Assembly: GCA_003484955.1 (NCBI GenBank)
Contig: DMZH01000001.1
Coordinates: 151,848-215,847 of the forward strand
Length of the DNA stretch: 64,000 bases
Direction of reading: 5' to 3'
From: Candidatus Woesebacteria bacterium
GTDB taxonomy: Bacteria > Patescibacteriota > Microgenomatia > UBA8517
Below are positions 9,752-19,527 of this stretch, one piece after another. Position 1 is the first letter of the stretch. Each line of letters begins with the position of its first letter. The notes beneath the pieces were generated by a model. The model made no database searches and had not been told where the DNA came from. It was given only the letters and a program-made list of their open reading frames with translations. The translations under genes were made by a program, and so were the position numbers.

Positions 9752-10624
9752 TCATCTCGCTACAGCGCTTACTGTTGCATAATCTGCCGAAATCCATCCG
9801 ACAATTCCTGATGGCAAACCGGGTTTTGGCGCTCCGTATTGAATTTCAATCCAGCCGGTTGCAGCATCTGTATCAAGATAAGGGAATGTTTCGCCCGGTT
9901 TTACCTGAGCAATTTCCTCTCCACCGGCTCCCGGTTTTGATCTAACCCTAAGGTACCCTGTTGGGGTCTCTAAAATCTGCACAATTTTGATTTCCGTTTT
10001 CAAGGACTCTTTGATGGAGTCCGTATTTTGAGAATCTGTTTTTTCCAATTTCGCATAAAATGTAAGTCTGTAACCGATTAAGGTTTTTACTGTCATTGAT
10101 AAATCCGAATATCCTGGAGCTTTGATTGCAATTGTGTGCATTGCAGGGGCTATTGCCGAAGTGCTATACGGTGAAAAGCCTCTGGAAACCCCGTCAACCA
10201 GTACCTGAGCGTTGTCCGGCTGGGAAATGACTACCAATCCTGCTGACTGTGACCCGGTTTTTTCAAAAGAAATGATACGACCGGAGGATGTATCCTCACT
10301 TGTTCCAAAATTTCTACCTACAAATGTTTCGATACCGGGTGTTAAAGTTATTGATGTCTCAAAAGGCACGAGGTTTTCGGAGGACCCTGTCGGAACCAGT
10401 CTTAAAATAACCGCACCCGCTTTATACATCCCAGTAAAAGGAGTTTCCCCAACCAAACTGCCGTTGACAAAAACTGTAGCCTTTGGGGTAGTTTCGATTC
10501 TTATTCCCCCCTGTTTTGGACTTAAAAGTCCAACCAGATAGAAAGCAGTTCCTGTCAAAATTATCAAAGAGACAACGGAAATTAGAATAATTTTTACCGT
10601 CTTCATAGTCACCGAGTGTAACAT
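9752..10624 (-). CDS. secreted/membrane-anchored protein with PEGA-like beta-sandwich repeats and a C-terminal SH3-like domain
   Basis: 290 aa. An N-terminal signal anchor is followed by two PEGA-like segments (ATVFVNGSLVGETPF, AQVLVDGVSRGFSPY). The C-terminal region (GYLRVRSKPGAGGEEIAQVKPGETFPYLD) resembles bacterial SH3. The true start may be the second Met, at 10606. Confidence 0.45.
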   Translation of the reverse strand: MLHSVTMKTVKIILISVVSLIILTGTAFYLVGLLSPKQGGIRIETTPKATVFVNGSLVGETPFTGMYKAGAVILRLVPTGSSENLVPFETSITLTPGIETFVGRNFGTSEDTSSGRIISFEKTGSQSAGLVVISQPDNAQVLVDGVSRGFSPYSTSAIAPAMHTIAIKAPGYSDLSMTVKTLIGYRLTFYAKLEKTDSQNTDSIKESLKTEIKIVQILETPTGYLRVRSKPGAGGEEIAQVKPGETFPYLDTDAATGWIEIQYGAPKPGLPSGIVGWISADYATVSAVAR

Positions 10625-10737
10625 ATGGTAAGCAAGCTTGGCCAGTCAAAACCCTGGTAAGCAAGGCTTGCCACTCGGCAAAACACTAGCCTCGTGGTAA
10701 ACAAGTTTGTCACTTGCATGATAAAATACAGGGACTC

Positions 10738-10809
10738 GACCGGATGTCGAAGTGGAAACGAAGGTGTCTGCAAAACACCCATGCGCGGGTTCGATTCCCG
10801 CTCCGGTCT
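10738..10809 (+). tRNA. tRNA-Cys (anticodon GCA)
   Basis: Hand-folded. Acceptor stem GACCGGA pairs with TCCGGTC; anticodon stem GGTGT pairs with ACACC; the loop CTGCAAA gives anticodon GCA. T-arm is GCGGG-TTCGATT-CCCGC, discriminator T, no encoded CCA. The overlapping 6-frame ORFs here are spurious. Confidence 0.8.
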
Positions 10810-10825
10810 CTAAAGAAATTGTGAA

Positions 10826-10853
10826 CACCCCAAACTTGACTTTGGGGCTTTTC
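10826..10853 (+). terminator. rho-independent terminator after tRNA-Cys
   Basis: Hairpin CACCCCAAA-cttgac-TTTGGGGC followed by a TTTTC run. Confidence 0.6.
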
Positions 10854-10874
10854 ATAAGCTACAATAGCGACTCG

Positions 10875-10896
10875 TCCCGCAATAGCGGGATTTTTT
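10875..10896 (+). terminator. second rho-independent terminator hairpin
   Basis: TCCCGC-aata-GCGGGA followed by TTTTTT. Confidence 0.55.
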
Positions 10897-10988
10897 GTGT
10901 CTGCCCACACATACGGGTGAGGTTTTTAGCTTCTGCCAAAAATCGAGCTTGGAATATGACATCCTGTGCCAGGATCTAATGGCACATT

Positions 10989-11663
10989 ATGAGAAAAATA
11001 AACGTTGAACTGCCTAAGTATCGCCTCCAGCTTAATGTAAAGCTGGTAAAAAGGCGAAAACCTTTGCTGGAAGAACCGATTCTTCCCAAGGCTTCTCTTG
11101 TGAGAAAAAAATACCGAAAAGGGACTTTTCTCGGCAGGCTTGCTAGATATTTTGCGGATCATAAAAATATACGAAAAATTTTTGCTTCCAGTTTTGCTTT
11201 CATTGCTATTACCACTACCTTTATTCCCCAGTCTGGTGGAGTCCAGGCACAGGGATCGGAAAACATCGTTATTGAAGCTCAAACCAACCTTGTAACCGAA
11301 AAGGGTATGCTTTATCCTGTTGACCAGATAAAAATGAACCAAGGTTATAGCATTTTTCACAAAGGAATAGATCTTGGGGGAAAAACAGGAGAACCAATCA
11401 AGCCCATAATGGAAGGTGTCGTTGCCTATGCCGGATGGGACCGTTCGGGATATGGAAATTTGGTTGTATTGCAACACAAAAACGGCCTTGATTCGTACTA
11501 CGCTCATCTTTCCAAAATCGAAGTTAAAACCGGCCAAACCGTTGACGTAAATACAGAGATTGGGAAAATGGGAGCAACAGGACGCACCACAGGCACCCAT
11601 CTTCATCTTGAGATTCATCAAAACGGAATTTCCCTCAATCCCTTAACAATCTTAAGTAGATAA
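10989..11663 (+). CDS. M23-family (LytM) peptidoglycan endopeptidase
   Basis: 224 aa with an N-terminal TM anchor. The M23 catalytic signatures are HKGIDLGG, YGNLVVLQH, DSYYAHLS and ATGRTTGTHLHLEIHQNG (HxxxD and HxH zinc ligands). Confidence 0.85.
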   Translation: MRKINVELPKYRLQLNVKLVKRRKPLLEEPILPKASLVRKKYRKGTFLGRLARYFADHKNIRKIFASSFAFIAITTTFIPQSGGVQAQGSENIVIEAQTNLVTEKGMLYPVDQIKMNQGYSIFHKGIDLGGKTGEPIKPIMEGVVAYAGWDRSGYGNLVVLQHKNGLDSYYAHLSKIEVKTGQTVDVNTEIGKMGATGRTTGTHLHLEIHQNGISLNPLTILSR

Positions 11664-11664
11664 G

Positions 11665-12261
11665 CTATCTGTTTTCCAGAGATCTCCAAAGATACCAAGA
11701 GGCAACTGTTCTATAAGGAGACCAGTTTTTAAGGGCAAATTTGGCGGACTTCTCTTTATCAAATTTTTTACCTGTTACTTTTTCAAATCCGTTTTTAATG
11801 CCCAGATCCTCCACAGGAAAAACATCTGGCCTACCCAGTTTAAACATTAAAAACATGTCTGCAGTCCAGGGCCCTATACCTTTGACCGCTACTAATTCCT
11901 TCCGGACTTCTTCATCGGATAGTTTGTCCAAACTTTTTACTTTTAGCTCTCCATTTTGGGTTCTTAAGGCCAAATCTTTAATGGCTCTGACCTTACTCCA
12001 GGCCATTCCGCAATTTCTTAAAATGTTTTCATCCATCTTCAGAATCTTTTCCGAAGTCATTACGCCTTTAATCTTGGTCCTCAAACGGCTTTCGATTACA
12101 TCTGCAACCCTACCTGAAAGCTGTTGGCCGATGATATCGCCCACAAGCCCCTGAAAATAATCTATATGAAGCTTGGGTTTGATTGTGCAATGCCCCCACT
12201 TTTTAACAAGGGGCCTTAGACTTTTGTCTTTCAGCAGAAATTCCTCAGCATTTTTCCACAC
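11665..12261 (-). CDS. HhH-GPD superfamily DNA glycosylase (AlkA / 3-methyladenine glycosylase II-like)
   Basis: 198 aa. The helix-hairpin-helix plus Gly/Pro-Asp motif appears as LVAVKGIGPWTADMFLMFKLGRPDVFPVEDLGI, with the catalytic Asp in VEDLG. Confidence 0.7.
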   Translation of the reverse strand: MWKNAEEFLLKDKSLRPLVKKWGHCTIKPKLHIDYFQGLVGDIIGQQLSGRVADVIESRLRTKIKGVMTSEKILKMDENILRNCGMAWSKVRAIKDLALRTQNGELKVKSLDKLSDEEVRKELVAVKGIGPWTADMFLMFKLGRPDVFPVEDLGIKNGFEKVTGKKFDKEKSAKFALKNWSPYRTVASWYLWRSLENR

Positions 12262-12305
12262 ACAACCAATTGTAAATTATTAATTGATAATTGGAAATCA
12301 GAAGT

Positions 12306-13925
12306 TTAGTAGTCCATTCCGCCTGCGGGCATCTGGGGCTCTTTCTTTTCTTCGGGGATATCCGTCACCAGGCCTTCCGTAGTTAAAACCATCATGGCAA
12401 CGCTTGCAGCGTTCTGAATAGCACTTCTGGTAACTTTGACCGGATCAACTATACCCATTTTAGTCATTGATCCGAATTTTCCGGTTAGAGCATTATATCC
12501 AAAGTCATTATCCTTACTTGCCAAAACTTTTTTCAGGACCTCTTCCCCGTCTTCTCCTGCATTTTTTGCCAACCATTTTATGGGTTCCTCTAGGGCTTCC
12601 TTAACAATATCAACGCCAATTTGCTCGTCTCCTTTTTCAACTTTTATATTTTTTACTGCTCCAGCCGCCCTTAGAAGTGCCGTTTCTCCCCCGGGAACAA
12701 TTCCCTCTTCAGTTGCTGCTTTGGTGGCCCCAACCGCATCTTTGACTCTCTCTTTTTTATCGTTAAGTTCAATCTCTGTGGCTGCCCCCACATTTATTTG
12801 AGCAACTCCACCTGCAAGTTTGGCCAGTCTTTCTTCAAACTTTTCTTTATCAAAATCGCTGTCGGAAGCTTCGATTTGTTTTCTGATAGAAGCGACTCTG
12901 GCATTGATTAATGTCTTTTCTCCTTTTCCACCGATGATTCTTGCATTATCTTTATCTGCCCAAACTTTATCGGCACGGCCAAGGTCTGTTACCTCAATTG
13001 ATTCAAAAGTGCGTCCGGTATCCCCTGATATGACTGTTCCGCCAGTCAGAATTGCAATGTCTTCCAACATTTCACTTCGACGATCTCCAAAACCTGGAGC
13101 TTTAATGGCTAAAACACTAAAAGTACCACGAAGCTTGTTAACCACCAATGTAGCCAAGGCTTCACCTTCGATCTCGTCAGCAATAATTACCAAATTCTTC
13201 GAAACTTTGACAAATTTCTCCAAAAAAGGAAGAAGTTCCTGAATTGAAGATATTTTTTTGTCGGTTAAAAGAATATAAGGTTCCTCAATTTCCGCTTCCA
13301 TCTTGTCCGGATTGGTAACAAAATATGCTGAAGCATAACCCCTGTCAAACTCCATGCCCTCTTTATACTCAATATCAATTGTTAAACCCTTTCCTTCCTC
13401 AACCGTAACAACGCCATCGCGTCCGACTTTGTCAAGAGCTTCGGCAATTTTAGCGCCAATTTCGTCATCCCCTGCAGATATACTCGCAACTTGAGCAATT
13501 TCTTCTTTATTTTTGATTGGCTTAGCCATTTTTTTAAGTTCTTCAGCAACAGCTTCAATTGCTTTCTCAATCCCCTTTTTGACAATCATTGGGTTCGCGC
13601 CGGCATTAATCTTAGCCATTCCTTTTTGGGTCATTACTTGTGCAAGAAGTGTAGAAGTTGTTGTCCCATCACCAGCATTATCGTTGGTTTTGCTGGCTGC
13701 CTCTTTAACAAGCTGCGCACCCATATTTTCAAATGGATCAGGAAGATCAATTTCTTTGGCTACAGTTACTCCATCATGTACTATGTTCGGAGCTCCCCAC
13801 TTTTTATCCAAGGCAATATTTCTGCCCTTCGGACCAAGAGTCGTTACGACTGCTTTAGCAACAGTGTCAATTCCTTTTAGCAACGCCTCTCTGGCGTCGT
13901 TTGAAAATTTTAATTGTTTTGCCAT
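12306..13925 (-). CDS. groL: chaperonin GroEL (60 kDa)
   Basis: 539 aa, [39 protein letters not shown]... Collinear with GroEL throughout and ends in the GGM-type tail (PAGGMDY). Confidence 0.95.
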   Translation of the reverse strand: MAKQLKFSNDAREALLKGIDTVAKAVVTTLGPKGRNIALDKKWGAPNIVHDGVTVAKEIDLPDPFENMGAQLVKEAASKTNDNAGDGTTTSTLLAQVMTQKGMAKINAGANPMIVKKGIEKAIEAVAEELKKMAKPIKNKEEIAQVASISAGDDEIGAKIAEALDKVGRDGVVTVEEGKGLTIDIEYKEGMEFDRGYASAYFVTNPDKMEAEIEEPYILLTDKKISSIQELLPFLEKFVKVSKNLVIIADEIEGEALATLVVNKLRGTFSVLAIKAPGFGDRRSEMLEDIAILTGGTVISGDTGRTFESIEVTDLGRADKVWADKDNARIIGGKGEKTLINARVASIRKQIEASDSDFDKEKFEERLAKLAGGVAQINVGAATEIELNDKKERVKDAVGATKAATEEGIVPGGETALLRAAGAVKNIKVEKGDEQIGVDIVKEALEEPIKWLAKNAGEDGEEVLKKVLASKDNDFGYNALTGKFGSMTKMGIVDPVKVTRSAIQNAASVAMMVLTTEGLVTDIPEEKKEPQMPAGGMDY

Positions 13926-13951
13926 ATAGAGTACGTCAAACGCATGAATAC

Positions 13952-14248
13952 TTAGGCCTCTGTGGCCAAAATATCCTCAAATTTAACAAACATATATTCC
14001 TTGCCCTCAATTTTTACCTCATTTCCTCCCCATTTTTTATAAAAAACAACTTCATTTAGTTTGGCGGGAGATTCTATTTTTTGACCTTCTTGCAAGGCAG
14101 ATGCTCCCACTGCAATCACTTTTCCTTTTTGTGGTTTTTCTGAAGCGTTATCGGGTAGATAAATCCCGGAGGCAGTTTTTGTTTCTGCCTCTAAAGGCTC
14201 AATTAAAAGATATCCTGCGGTCGGTTTAAGATTTAATTTACTTGCCAT
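13952..14248 (-). CDS. groS: co-chaperonin GroES (10 kDa)
   Basis: From the internal Met the sequence [48 protein letters not shown]... matches GroES, including the mobile loop. The listed ORF start at 14293 adds 15 non-conserved residues, so the start is placed at 14248. Lies immediately upstream of groL. Confidence 0.9.
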   Translation of the reverse strand: MASKLNLKPTAGYLLIEPLEAETKTASGIYLPDNASEKPQKGKVIAVGASALQEGQKIESPAKLNEVVFYKKWGGNEVKIEGKEYMFVKFEDILATEA

Positions 14249-14326
14249 ATTTTTAATTTTGTAAGCGACAATTGGGTTAGCATTCCAACCCAATGAGTGC
14301 TATTTTAAGAACTCGCCAGTGCATTG

Positions 14327-15178
14327 TCAATAGGCCATTTTGCCAAGAATCTTCTTACTCAGGTTATTTGGATGAAAAATTGCTCTTGTAGGAGTGACTA
14401 CTTCACGGGTAATTTTCTGTTTCATATAAGAGTATTGAATTTTGAAACATAGCATTTCTAACATGTTTAATTTCAAAGGTTTCGTATATGATGAACTGTT
14501 CTTGTTTAGTCTCACTTCGGCAGCATTTGGCCAAAATTTTAAAGCCCATTTATTCACTGACAAAAAGCGTTCATATGCTCCCCCTCTGTTAATAAGTGGG
14601 GTTATCTGAAGAATTTCGTGAGCAGTGTAAAAGTTTCTTTCTTTCTTACTCCAAGTAAGATCGCTTTCATCGAGCCAAATATTTAAACATAGTCTGTCTT
14701 TCTGGCGCGGATTTAGCGGCTTTCTTAAACGAAAATTAAAAAGTTTGAGAAGCACATAAACTGCAATTCTTGTGGTCCAAAGCCTTCCCTTTTTTGTAAT
14801 AAAAATCAGATCAATATCGCTCTCTTTTCCTGCATTATCCATTGCCAATGAGCCACTTATGGCAACCATCTTTACACCGGGAATGAAAAAGACAATTTTA
14901 GAAACTCTTTCGGCAATTTTTCTCTTCCTTCGGGAAAATCTTTTTCTGACAGTTCTCTTATAAACCAATCCATCCTTCCCTTCGATAAAATAATATCCAT
15001 TCTTATAATCAACTCTGGAGCCGATTTCCGGCGCATCTCCGGGAGTCCATTTGACAAGTTCAGAGAAGGTTAACGGATATTCAAAAAGGTTATGGTAAAA
15101 CACAGAAAATCTTTCTGAAGCATTTAAACCGCCTCCCGGCGGGTTTTTCCCTGAAGTAAATTCATGCAAAACAGACAT
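14327..15178 (-). CDS. Pol-beta-superfamily nucleotidyltransferase domain protein
   Basis: 283 aa. The minimal nucleotidyltransferase fold signature is GSLAMDNAGKESDIDLIF (G[SG]...D.D). It is basic and has no partner HEPN/antitoxin ORF adjacent. Confidence 0.45.
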   Translation of the reverse strand: MSVLHEFTSGKNPPGGGLNASERFSVFYHNLFEYPLTFSELVKWTPGDAPEIGSRVDYKNGYYFIEGKDGLVYKRTVRKRFSRRKRKIAERVSKIVFFIPGVKMVAISGSLAMDNAGKESDIDLIFITKKGRLWTTRIAVYVLLKLFNFRLRKPLNPRQKDRLCLNIWLDESDLTWSKKERNFYTAHEILQITPLINRGGAYERFLSVNKWALKFWPNAAEVRLNKNSSSYTKPLKLNMLEMLCFKIQYSYMKQKITREVVTPTRAIFHPNNLSKKILGKMAY

Positions 15179-16602
15179 TATTTTACGGAGATGCCGTACT
15201 GTACCAGAATTTGAGCAACACCCTGAGCGACTGTGGCGAGAGCCTCGGTTGCTGATTTTTTACCTGTCACGACAGCGTTGACTGCATCTGCAAAATAATT
15301 GGAAATTTGAGTATTTATTCCGGTAGAACCGTCAAAAGTACGGCTGGCGAGGTACCAGCTTCTGGCACCCGGTGCTTGTGTAATAATTGATCCGATAATG
15401 GGGTGATCTTTGAGTAATGCTGCCATATCGGTTCTGGGATAGGGCTCGCCAAAATTCCTTACAGCCGACTCGTTTTTATAAAGTTTTTGTAAGGACTCAG
15501 CACTAACCAAATAATTTAGCAGATCCCAGGCAGTGGACTTATTCGGGCTCTTTGACCAAACACCCTGCGCCCAGTAAGTTGCGTAGGTAATGTCTACCTC
15601 ATTAGGGCTATCTTTGGGAAGCTGGGGAATGGGAACTGTTTTATATTTTAAATTCGGATTTTTCTGTTGTATTTCAAATGCTCTCCAGCTCGGAGCTATA
15701 AACATAGCCAGTTTCCCTGCCGCAAAGGCCTGAGTTGAGGTTGGAAGGGTTGCGTCCCAAACTCCGTCAACCGAGGAAAAAATTGTAAAAAACGTCAAAG
15801 CATCCTCTGCATTTTTTCCGACAGGGTTGCCCAAATCCACACCGTTTTGGAGCATCAGGAGAGCTAAAATCTCCTGCCAATGATCAACGTTTTCTGTTCT
15901 CCCAAGAGCTATGCCGGATTGCGTTATGCTTCCTTTATCATCTTTTATGGTTAGCTCTTTTGCCAGACTTCTTAAGCCGTCCCAGGTTGTGGGAGGAGTC
16001 TTCCCGGCTTTGTCAAAGATATCCTGATTTATATACAAGGTCAGAGCATCATAACCAATGGGGATACCGACAATAGAATTACCGTAGGAAAAATCAGAAG
16101 TAATAACCGGATAAAAGTTTTTGGAATAATCCGCTGCTGTCATTACTGAAGAGGGAAGCGCATCAAGATCGGATTTAAACATTGGCGTCCAGGTGTTGTG
16201 AAATGTAAAAATATCCGGACCCTCTCCTTTTGTCAGAGCATTTGACAACCTCACACGATAATCTTGAGGTGACTGAATAATATATGTAATTTTTATTCCC
16301 GGATGCGAAGACTCATATGAGGAAATTAGCGGCGCAACAATACTCGAGTCCTCCCAAAGTCCCCACCAAGTTATGTTTCCCGAACTTTTATCTGTGGATT
16401 TTCCCAATAGTTTAAAGGCAGCAAAACCCAGTACTGCCAATAAAAATATTATTCCGACAACAAGCAAAATTTTGGGAAATTTTTTCTTTGGCAATAGAAC
16501 GACTTGGGGAGGAGGAACGTTTGACGGACTATCCGGCGTGCCAACGGGTACACCAACAGGACTTTGAGTGTTATTGTTTTGGTAAATATTAAGAGGTGGC
16601 AT
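15178..16602 (-). CDS. ABC-transporter family-1 extracellular solute-binding protein (sugar-type), membrane-anchored, no cognate permease adjacent
   Basis: 474 aa. An N-terminal Pro-rich segment and TM anchor are followed by a periplasmic-binding-protein fold (ITWWGLWEDSS...PDIFTFHNTW...). No permease or ATPase gene is nearby. Confidence 0.55.
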   Translation of the reverse strand: MPPLNIYQNNNTQSPVGVPVGTPDSPSNVPPPQVVLLPKKKFPKILLVVGIIFLLAVLGFAAFKLLGKSTDKSSGNITWWGLWEDSSIVAPLISSYESSHPGIKITYIIQSPQDYRVRLSNALTKGEGPDIFTFHNTWTPMFKSDLDALPSSVMTAADYSKNFYPVITSDFSYGNSIVGIPIGYDALTLYINQDIFDKAGKTPPTTWDGLRSLAKELTIKDDKGSITQSGIALGRTENVDHWQEILALLMLQNGVDLGNPVGKNAEDALTFFTIFSSVDGVWDATLPTSTQAFAAGKLAMFIAPSWRAFEIQQKNPNLKYKTVPIPQLPKDSPNEVDITYATYWAQGVWSKSPNKSTAWDLLNYLVSAESLQKLYKNESAVRNFGEPYPRTDMAALLKDHPIIGSIITQAPGARSWYLASRTFDGSTGINTQISNYFADAVNAVVTGKKSATEALATVAQGVAQILVQYGISVK

Positions 16603-16650
16603 TTTCTCTGCGTTTTGGGTTATATTTAAATGGTATCATATGCCTAGAAT

Positions 16651-18435
16651 ATGGCAAGTAATTCCGATAATAAAATGGGGAAGATAGCTGGATCTTTTTT
16701 CAAAAAATATCTGCTCCGAGGTGTTATTGTTCTTGGCACACTAATATTAATCGTCCTTGCAGGAATTTTATCCTATTTAATAGTCTATAACGGAAAAATT
16801 TACCCGAACATTTCTGTGGCCGGCATTAAAGTTGGTGGAATTATCTCTTCTGAGGCTTCCGGTATTTTATCTAAAAATACGATTACACCCTCAGAGCTAA
16901 CTCTTACCTATCAAGACCAAGTTTTCAAAATAAAAACAGACGACATCAATCTTTCCTATGATTTTCCAGCCTCTGCCAATAGAGTTTTCGAGTTTACAAG
17001 AACAGGAAATATTCTTTACGATCTTGAAAACCGTATTAGATTACTCTTTTACCCTAAAAACTTTGGCCTTGTTACCAATATAAGCAGCGATAAGCTTGCA
17101 AAAACTGTTTCTATTATTGCCGGGCAAATTTCCATCGACCCGATTAATCCGGGTATTAGTAAAGTTAATGGCAGCATTGTTGTAAACAGGGGTTCCCCCG
17201 GAAAGGAAGTCGACCAAGAACGGTTAACATCTGATATTGTGCAAAGCTTATCTGTGGGTTCGGCCAGTCAAATTTCAATTCCCGTTGATAATGTCGATAA
17301 CACCCTAAATGAAGTTGAAGCAAAAGCGCTTACAGAACGTGCGCAGAAATTTCTCGGAAAAACCATTTCGTTAAAATTCGAGTACAACAATATCCAGCTT
17401 CAAGATACTGATTTGTTCAAACTTCTCGATCCGAAGGAGGGTTATAAAGACGATGCTCTTTCCGAATCTATTCAAAAAGTTGCGGAGACAATTGAGCGTG
17501 ATCCGCAAAACCCAAAGTTTGTATTTGAAAATGGAAAAGTAACTGAATTTCAACCGTCCCTCCCCGGCGTAAAAATAGACAATGAAAACTTTAAAAATTT
17601 GCTCATTGAAAAAATGGATATACTAGCCGGTTCAACGGATAAAAATTTAGATCTTGATATCCCCGTAGTTAAATCGCCACCTGAAATCACAACAGATAAA
17701 GTTAATAATCTGGGAATTAAGGAATTGATTGGGAGGGGAACTTCAACATATTTTCATTCCATTCCAAACCGTGTCCACAACGTATCTCTTGCCGCCTCCC
17801 GAATAAACGGAACCCTTGTTAAACCTGGTGAAACTTTTTCTTTTAATGAGGCCCTGGGAGACGTCTCAGCTTTTACGGGTTATCAACAGGCTTACATTAT
17901 CAGTGGCGGTAAAACAATTCTTGGTGATGGCGGTGGGGTTTGCCAGGTTTCAACTACACTATTCAGAGCGCTTCTGGATGCAGGGCTCCCAATTATTGAA
18001 CGTCAAGCCCACGCCTATCGTGTGGGGTATTATGAACAAGATTCTCCCCCGGGGCTTGATGCCACTGTTTATTCACCCTCTCCAGATTTGAAATTTACCA
18101 ATGATACCGGTAACTATGTCCTAATTGAAGCAAGTGCAAATCCAAAAAATTATTCCTTGGTTTTTGAACTTTACGGAACACTTGACGGAAGAGTTGCCAG
18201 TGTCTCCAAGCCAATTGTGACAAATGTTTCCTCTCCACCCGAAGATCTTTATCAAGACGATCCAAGCCTTCCCACCGGAACAATCAAACAAATTGAGTAC
18301 AAAGCATGGGGAGCAAAAGTTACCTTCAAATATGTTGTCACCAAAAACGGCCAGGAAATTATTAATAAAACTTTTATAAGCAACTATAAGCCCTGGCAGG
18401 CAGTTTACTTGCGAGGAACCGGACCTGTAAATTAG
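16651..18435 (+). CDS. VanW-domain protein with N-terminal peptidoglycan-binding-like repeats
   Basis: 594 aa with an N-terminal TM. The VanW core is GTSTYFHSIPNRVHNVSLAASRINGTLVKPGETFSFNEALG...GGGVCQVSTTLFRALLDAGLPIIERQAHAY. Confidence 0.7.
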   Translation: MASNSDNKMGKIAGSFFKKYLLRGVIVLGTLILIVLAGILSYLIVYNGKIYPNISVAGIKVGGIISSEASGILSKNTITPSELTLTYQDQVFKIKTDDINLSYDFPASANRVFEFTRTGNILYDLENRIRLLFYPKNFGLVTNISSDKLAKTVSIIAGQISIDPINPGISKVNGSIVVNRGSPGKEVDQERLTSDIVQSLSVGSASQISIPVDNVDNTLNEVEAKALTERAQKFLGKTISLKFEYNNIQLQDTDLFKLLDPKEGYKDDALSESIQKVAETIERDPQNPKFVFENGKVTEFQPSLPGVKIDNENFKNLLIEKMDILAGSTDKNLDLDIPVVKSPPEITTDKVNNLGIKELIGRGTSTYFHSIPNRVHNVSLAASRINGTLVKPGETFSFNEALGDVSAFTGYQQAYIISGGKTILGDGGGVCQVSTTLFRALLDAGLPIIERQAHAYRVGYYEQDSPPGLDATVYSPSPDLKFTNDTGNYVLIEASANPKNYSLVFELYGTLDGRVASVSKPIVTNVSSPPEDLYQDDPSLPTGTIKQIEYKAWGAKVTFKYVVTKNGQEIINKTFISNYKPWQAVYLRGTGPVN

Positions 18436-18471
18436 TTTGGGGCAAGCCTCAAATTATAGTAAAATGTCCCC

Positions 18472-19527
18472 ATGCAAATTGTTAAATGTAACAAAGATTC
18501 AATTGAAATTGCCGACGGTATCTTAAAAAGTGGCGGCTTAATAATCTATCCGACTGAAACATTGTATGGTGTCGGGGTTGATGCAACAAACGAAGAAGCA
18601 GTTAAAAAACTTACCGTTTACAAAAACCGTCCTTTGGGAAAACCCTACTCTATAGCAGTTAGGGATATCAAAATGGCCGAGGAGTATGGAAACATAAATC
18701 AAACCGCAAAAAATCTTTTTCTTGAGTTTTTGCCCGGACCATTAACCGTCATTGTTAGAGGAAAACATAAACTCGCCAGGGGTGTTGAATCCGAAAACGG
18801 AAAGGTTGGAATAAGACTCCCCGACTATGAATTTGTCCAAAAGCTAGTTGGCAAATTTGGCAAACCTATCACGGCAACGTCGGCAAATGCCAGTTATAAA
18901 AAAAGGCCATATCAGGTTTCCGATATATTGGACAACCTGAGCCAAAAACAGAAAGATTTGATCGACCTCGTTGTCGATGCCGGAAAACTCCCAACAAGAG
19001 ATCCTTCTACTGTTATCGATACCACCCTTGATGAGCCAATGACATTAAGACAAGGAGAAATAAAACTTTCAGATAAAAATGAAGTTTTAAGCAGAAGTGA
19101 GGAAAACACTCAAAATATTGCTAAGGAAATTTGGCAACATTTTGAATCATACTTGGGTAAAAGATCGATTGTCTTTGCCCTCCAAGGAGAAATGGGAACC
19201 GGAAAAACCCAATTTACAAAGGGGCTTGCCCGTGCAATGGGAATAACAGAACTTGTCACCTCCCCCACTTTTGCCATCGAAAACGAATACGAAACGGGGG
19301 GAAATAAGCTTTATCACTTTGATGCATGGAGATTGGAAAACTCGGAAGAGCTTAACGCTCTTGGATTCCAAAAATTGGTTTTGCAAAAATCGGTCATTTC
19401 TGTGGAATGGGCCGAAAAAGTTGCCGACGTCATTCGCGGGTTTGACGACGAGGCAATAATTATTTGGATCAAAATAAAGTTTGGGGTAAGTGAAAGTGAC
19501 AGGATAATTTCCTGGGGAAATTTATGA
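18472..19527 (+). CDS. fused t6A-synthesis protein: N-terminal TsaC/Sua5/YrdC domain plus C-terminal TsaE (YjeE) P-loop ATPase
   Basis: Residues 1-200 carry the YrdC fold (LIIYPTETLYGVGVDATNEEAV...GPLTVIV...SANASYK). Residues ~215-351 carry the TsaE Walker A GEMGTGKTQFTKGLARAMGI, plus TSPTFAIENEY and HFDAWRL. tsaD follows with a 4-nt overlap. Confidence 0.7.
   Translation: MQIVKCNKDSIEIADGILKSGGLIIYPTETLYGVGVDATNEEAVKKLTVYKNRPLGKPYSIAVRDIKMAEEYGNINQTAKNLFLEFLPGPLTVIVRGKHKLARGVESENGKVGIRLPDYEFVQKLVGKFGKPITATSANASYKKRPYQVSDILDNLSQKQKDLIDLVVDAGKLPTRDPSTVIDTTLDEPMTLRQGEIKLSDKNEVLSRSEENTQNIAKEIWQHFESYLGKRSIVFALQGEMGTGKTQFTKGLARAMGITELVTSPTFAIENEYETGGNKLYHFDAWRLENSEELNALGFQKLVLQKSVISVEWAEKVADVIRGFDDEAIIIWIKIKFGVSESDRIISWGNL

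Noticed and set aside
10646-10979. Four overlapping small ORFs (66-75 aa)
   Set aside because: This region is occupied by tRNA-Cys and two terminator hairpins. The ORFs have no start context and overlap one another.
12436-13929. Long plus-strand ORFs (121, 140, 129 and 138 aa) antisense to groL
   Set aside because: GroEL on the minus strand is conserved along its full length. The antisense frames are low-complexity (S/P/A-rich) translation artefacts.
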